Assembly (NCBI GenBank): GCA_038329965.1
Contig: JBBQNN010000004.1
Coordinates: forward strand, 30,037 to 94,036
Length of the DNA stretch: 64,000 bases
Source: Mycobacteriales bacterium
GTDB taxonomy: Bacteria; Actinomycetota; Actinomycetes; Mycobacteriales; QHCA01
Direction of reading: 5' to 3'
Both the position numbers and the translations under genes were made by a program. This document shows positions 60,876-64,000 of the stretch, piece by piece. Under the pieces are notes generated by a model. The model saw only the letters and a list, made by a program, of their open reading frames with translations, did not search any database and was not told the DNA's origin. Within the stretch, counting starts at the first letter, position 1. The number at the start of each line of letters is the position of its first letter.

Positions 60876-61286
60876 ATGGACATCACCATTCACGCGAGCT
60901 TCCTCCCGCACGACGACCCGGACGCCTCCCTGGCCTTCTACCGCGACACCCTCGGCTTCGAGGTCCGCAACGACGTCGGGTACGGCGGGATGCGCTGGAT
61001 CACGGTCGGCCCCGCCGGCCAGCCCGGCACGTCCATCGTCCTGCATCCGCCGGCCGCCGGGCCCGGCATCACCGACGACGAGCGCCGCACCATCGTCGAG
61101 ATGATGGCCAAGGGCAGCTACGCCGTCATCCTCCTGGCCACCGCCGACCTCGACGGCACCTTCGAGCGGGTGCAGGCCAGTGGCGCCGAGGTCGTCCAGG
61201 AGCCGACCGAGCAGCCGTACGGCGTTCGTGACTGCGCCGTCCGCGATCCTGCGGGCAGCCTGATCCGCATCCAGGAGCTGCGCTGA
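60876..61286 (+). CDS. VOC/glyoxalase family protein
   Basis: 'SLAFYRDTLGFEVRND', 'QEPTEQPYGVRDCAVRDPAG'. Confidence 0.92.
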   Translation: MDITIHASFLPHDDPDASLAFYRDTLGFEVRNDVGYGGMRWITVGPAGQPGTSIVLHPPAAGPGITDDERRTIVEMMAKGSYAVILLATADLDGTFERVQASGAEVVQEPTEQPYGVRDCAVRDPAGSLIRIQELR

Positions 61287-61290
61287 GCCG

Positions 61291-62067
61291 CTAGCGCAGC
61301 CGGGAGCCGGCGCGCTTGGCCGCCTTACGCAGGACGCCGCGCGGCGCGTGCCGGGCCAGGGCGACGATGGCCTTGTACTGCCGTCCGGGCACGCAGACCG
61401 ACTGCCCCCGCCGGAGGGCAGTCAGGCCGGCGTTGACCACCTCGTCGGCCTCGAGCCACATCCAGCCCGGGACCCCGCTCATGTTCAGGCCGGCCCGGTC
61501 GTGGAACTCAGTGTGCACGAACCCCGGGCACAGGGCCATGACGCGGACCCCGCTGCCGGCCGTCTGTCCGCACAGGGACTCGGAGAACATGGTGACCCAC
61601 GCCTTGCTGGCACCGTAGATCGAGTCGCGCCCGCCAGGGGTGTAGCCGGCGACCGAGGAGACGTTGACGATGTCGCCGCGTCCCCGGGCGATCATCGGCT
61701 GCAGCGCCGCATGGGTGAGCCGGAGCACGGCCGTCACGTTGAGCCGCATCAGCCGCAGCGAGTCCTCGACCGGCCGGCTGACGAAGGTGCCATCCAGCCC
61801 GATGCCGGCGTTGTTGACCAGTACGTCGACCGGCCGGTCACGGTCGGCCAGCCGCGCCTCGACCGCGGCGCAGCCCTCGTCGGTGGTCAGATCGGCCGGC
61901 AGCCCCTCGACGTCGACGCCGTGCCCGGCTGCCAGCTCCCTGGCTGCGGCCGCGACCCGGTCGGCGTCGCGGGCGACGATGACCAGGTCGTGACGATCTC
62001 CGGCCAGATTGCGGGCAAACGCGGCACCGAGACCCGCGGTGGCACCGGTGACGAGGGCGGTGGACAT
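61291..62067 (-). CDS. SDR family oxidoreductase
   Basis: 'VTGATAGLG', 'LVNNAG', 'YGASK', 'CPGFVHTEFH'. Confidence 0.93.
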   Translation of the reverse strand: MSTALVTGATAGLGAAFARNLAGDRHDLVIVARDADRVAAAARELAAGHGVDVEGLPADLTTDEGCAAVEARLADRDRPVDVLVNNAGIGLDGTFVSRPVEDSLRLMRLNVTAVLRLTHAALQPMIARGRGDIVNVSSVAGYTPGGRDSIYGASKAWVTMFSESLCGQTAGSGVRVMALCPGFVHTEFHDRAGLNMSGVPGWMWLEADEVVNAGLTALRRGQSVCVPGRQYKAIVALARHAPRGVLRKAAKRAGSRLR

Positions 62068-62126
62068 TCCGCACACCTTAGACGGCTCGTACGCTGCCCG
62101 AACGTGGCCGGTGCACCGTAGACAGC

Positions 62127-63440
62127 ATGCAAGACACCGCAGCGGCCGGCGCGAGAGCGGAACTGGCCCACCTGTACCGCCGGGCCGGCTTCGGCGCCCG
62201 CCCCGACGAGCTCGACGCGGCGGTGACCGCGGGCTACGAGGCGACCGTCGGGCAGCTGCTACACCCGAGCGGGCCGGACGCCGGCGCGACCGCGACGCCG
62301 CCCCCCGGCCTCGGCGCGGCAGCGGGCCGGCCGCCCAAGGGCGCGGGCAAGGAGCAGAAGCGGGCGTACGCCAAGGCCCGCCGTACCCAGGCCAACACGC
62401 TCGTGACCTGGTGGCTGGACCGGATGGTCCGCGCCGACGAGCCCTTCGGCGAGAAGCTCACCCTGCTCTGGCACGACCACTGGGCCACCTCGATCCAGAA
62501 GGTGAAGAGCGCCGGGCTGATGCTCCGGCAGAACCAGACGCTGCGCGCACACGGCACCGGTGACTTCCGCATGCTGGCGCGGGCGATGGTGCAGGACCCG
62601 GCGCTGCTGCTCTGGCTCGACGGTCCGAAGAACAAGCGCACCCTGCCGAACGAGAACCTGAGCCGCGAGCTCATGGAGCTGTTCGTCCTGGGCATCGGGC
62701 ACTACACCGAGGACGACGTACGCGAGGCCGCGCGGGCGCTGACCGGCTGGCGGGTCGACCGGGTCACCGGGGCCGCGGCACTGCGACCGGCCGGGCACGA
62801 CGACAAGCCCAAGACCGTGCTGGGCAGGACCGCCGACTTCGACGACCAGTCGCTGGTCGACCTGCTGGTCGCGCAGCCCGCCTCGGCCGCCTTCGTCGCG
62901 ACCCGGCTGTGGCACCGGCTGGTCAGCCCGGCCGACCCGTCGCCGGACGTGCTGGCCCGGCTGCTCTCCGCGTACGGGCCGGGCCAGGATGTGCGGGCAC
63001 TGGTCCGGGCGATGCTGCTCGACGCCTCCTTCCGGTCCCCGGCGGTCCGGCATGCGCTGGTCAAGCAGCCGATCGAGTACGTGGTCGGAACGCTGCGCGC
63101 CCTGCGGCTCGGGGCAGCGCCCGAAGCGATCGACGCGCTGCACGGGATGGGCCAGGTGCCCTTCGCACCGCCGAACGTCGGCGGCTGGCCGGCCGGGTCG
63201 GCCTGGCTGACCGCCTCGACGGCGCAGGCCCGGCTGCGCTTCGCCGAGTGGGCGGCCGGGCGGGCCGATCTGGCTGCCGTGACGGCCGCGGTCCCGGCGG
63301 CCCGGATCGACGGGGTCGCCCGCCTGCTGTCGGTCGACTCGTGGACCCCGCGCACCCGTACCGCCCTGGCCGCCGCGAGCACCGACCCGCAGCGGCTGGT
63401 GACCCTCGCGCTGGTCGCACCCGAGTACGTCGTGAGTTGA
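62127..63440 (+). CDS. DUF1800 family protein
   Basis: 'HLYRRAGFG', 'EKLTLLWHDHWATS..KV', 'PNENLSRELMELF.LG', 'PPNVGGW'. Confidence 0.93.
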   Translation: MQDTAAAGARAELAHLYRRAGFGARPDELDAAVTAGYEATVGQLLHPSGPDAGATATPPPGLGAAAGRPPKGAGKEQKRAYAKARRTQANTLVTWWLDRMVRADEPFGEKLTLLWHDHWATSIQKVKSAGLMLRQNQTLRAHGTGDFRMLARAMVQDPALLLWLDGPKNKRTLPNENLSRELMELFVLGIGHYTEDDVREAARALTGWRVDRVTGAAALRPAGHDDKPKTVLGRTADFDDQSLVDLLVAQPASAAFVATRLWHRLVSPADPSPDVLARLLSAYGPGQDVRALVRAMLLDASFRSPAVRHALVKQPIEYVVGTLRALRLGAAPEAIDALHGMGQVPFAPPNVGGWPAGSAWLTASTAQARLRFAEWAAGRADLAAVTAAVPAARIDGVARLLSVDSWTPRTRTALAAASTDPQRLVTLALVAPEYVVS

Positions 63441-63453
63441 GGAGCCTCCCGCC

Positions 63454-64000
63454 ATGGACACCGTGACCCGCCGCCGCTTCCTGGTCGCCTCCGGAGTGGT
63501 GGGCGCCGGTGCGCTCGTGGCCGGCGCCACTTCCCGGTCGTGGCTCGACCTGATCGCCGCCGGCCTGCGCGACCCCCGGGCCGCCGACGCCAAGATCCTG
63601 GTGCTGCTCACGATGTACGGCGGCAACGACGGCCTGGGCACCGTCGTGCCGTACGCCGATCCGGCCTACCGCACGGCTCGCCCGCACCTCGCCTACAGCG
63701 AGAACGAGGTGCTGCGGCTCGGCGACGACCTGGGCCTCAATCCGGCCATGAAGGGGCTGCACGCCCTGTGGGGCGACAAGAAGCTCGCGATCATCCGCGG
63801 CGTCGGCTACCCCAAACCCGACCACAGCCACTTCCGGTCGATGGACATCTGGCAGAGCGGCTCCCCGGACGCGCCCGTGCACACCGGCTGGCTCGGCCGG
63901 TGGCTGGACGCCCTGCCGCACGACCCGCTGCGGGCGGTCTCTCTCGGGCCGGTGCTGCCGCCTTTGCTGGCAGGATCAAGAGGAGCCGGCTCGACCATTC
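63454..64000 (+). CDS. DUF1501 family protein with Tat-like signal (runs off the window end)
   Basis: Own translation: 'MDTVTRRRFLVASG...LTMYGGNDGL..VVPY...VGYPKPDHSHFRSMDIWQSG'; follows DUF1800. Confidence 0.9.
   Translation, partial: MDTVTRRRFLVASGVVGAGALVAGATSRSWLDLIAAGLRDPRAADAKILVLLTMYGGNDGLGTVVPYADPAYRTARPHLAYSENEVLRLGDDLGLNPAMKGLHALWGDKKLAIIRGVGYPKPDHSHFRSMDIWQSGSPDAPVHTGWLGRWLDALPHDPLRAVSLGPVLPPLLAGSRGAGSTI

Overview
High-GC actinomycete chromosome segment (64 kb, about 70 CDS). No rRNA, tRNA, CRISPR array, transposase or integrase is visible. The backbone follows gene order known from Mycobacterium and other actinomycetes: Rv0474-like regulator/hbhA-like/DUF2516, murB, SDR, mshA, YbjN, then purD, purA, DUF3151, fbaA, DedA, TrmH, pyrE, ending in a DUF1800/DUF1501 pair. 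Accessory blocks are interleaved: an ECF sigma factor with a Cys-repeat membrane partner; an Acg/SPFH/P-type ATPase block behind DosR-like boxes; an LprG/P55-like pair; a translationally coupled acyl-CoA dehydrogenase/epimerase/Zn-dehydrogenase/class II aldolase operon; NiCoT with a Nur-like box; a LysR-AKR-(ABM+VOC fusion)-MFS cassette; and an ECF42-type sigma factor with two YciI genes. The most striking signal is a local family of five closely related Hanks-type Ser/Thr kinase genes carrying different C-terminal modules: tandem peptidoglycan-binding domains, a PsbP-like domain (three tandem copies: intact, internally trimmed, and collapsed pseudogene), and a multi-TM domain that also exists as a stand-alone kinase-less paralog directly upstream. 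Product names come from recognised motifs and synteny only; no database search was run.
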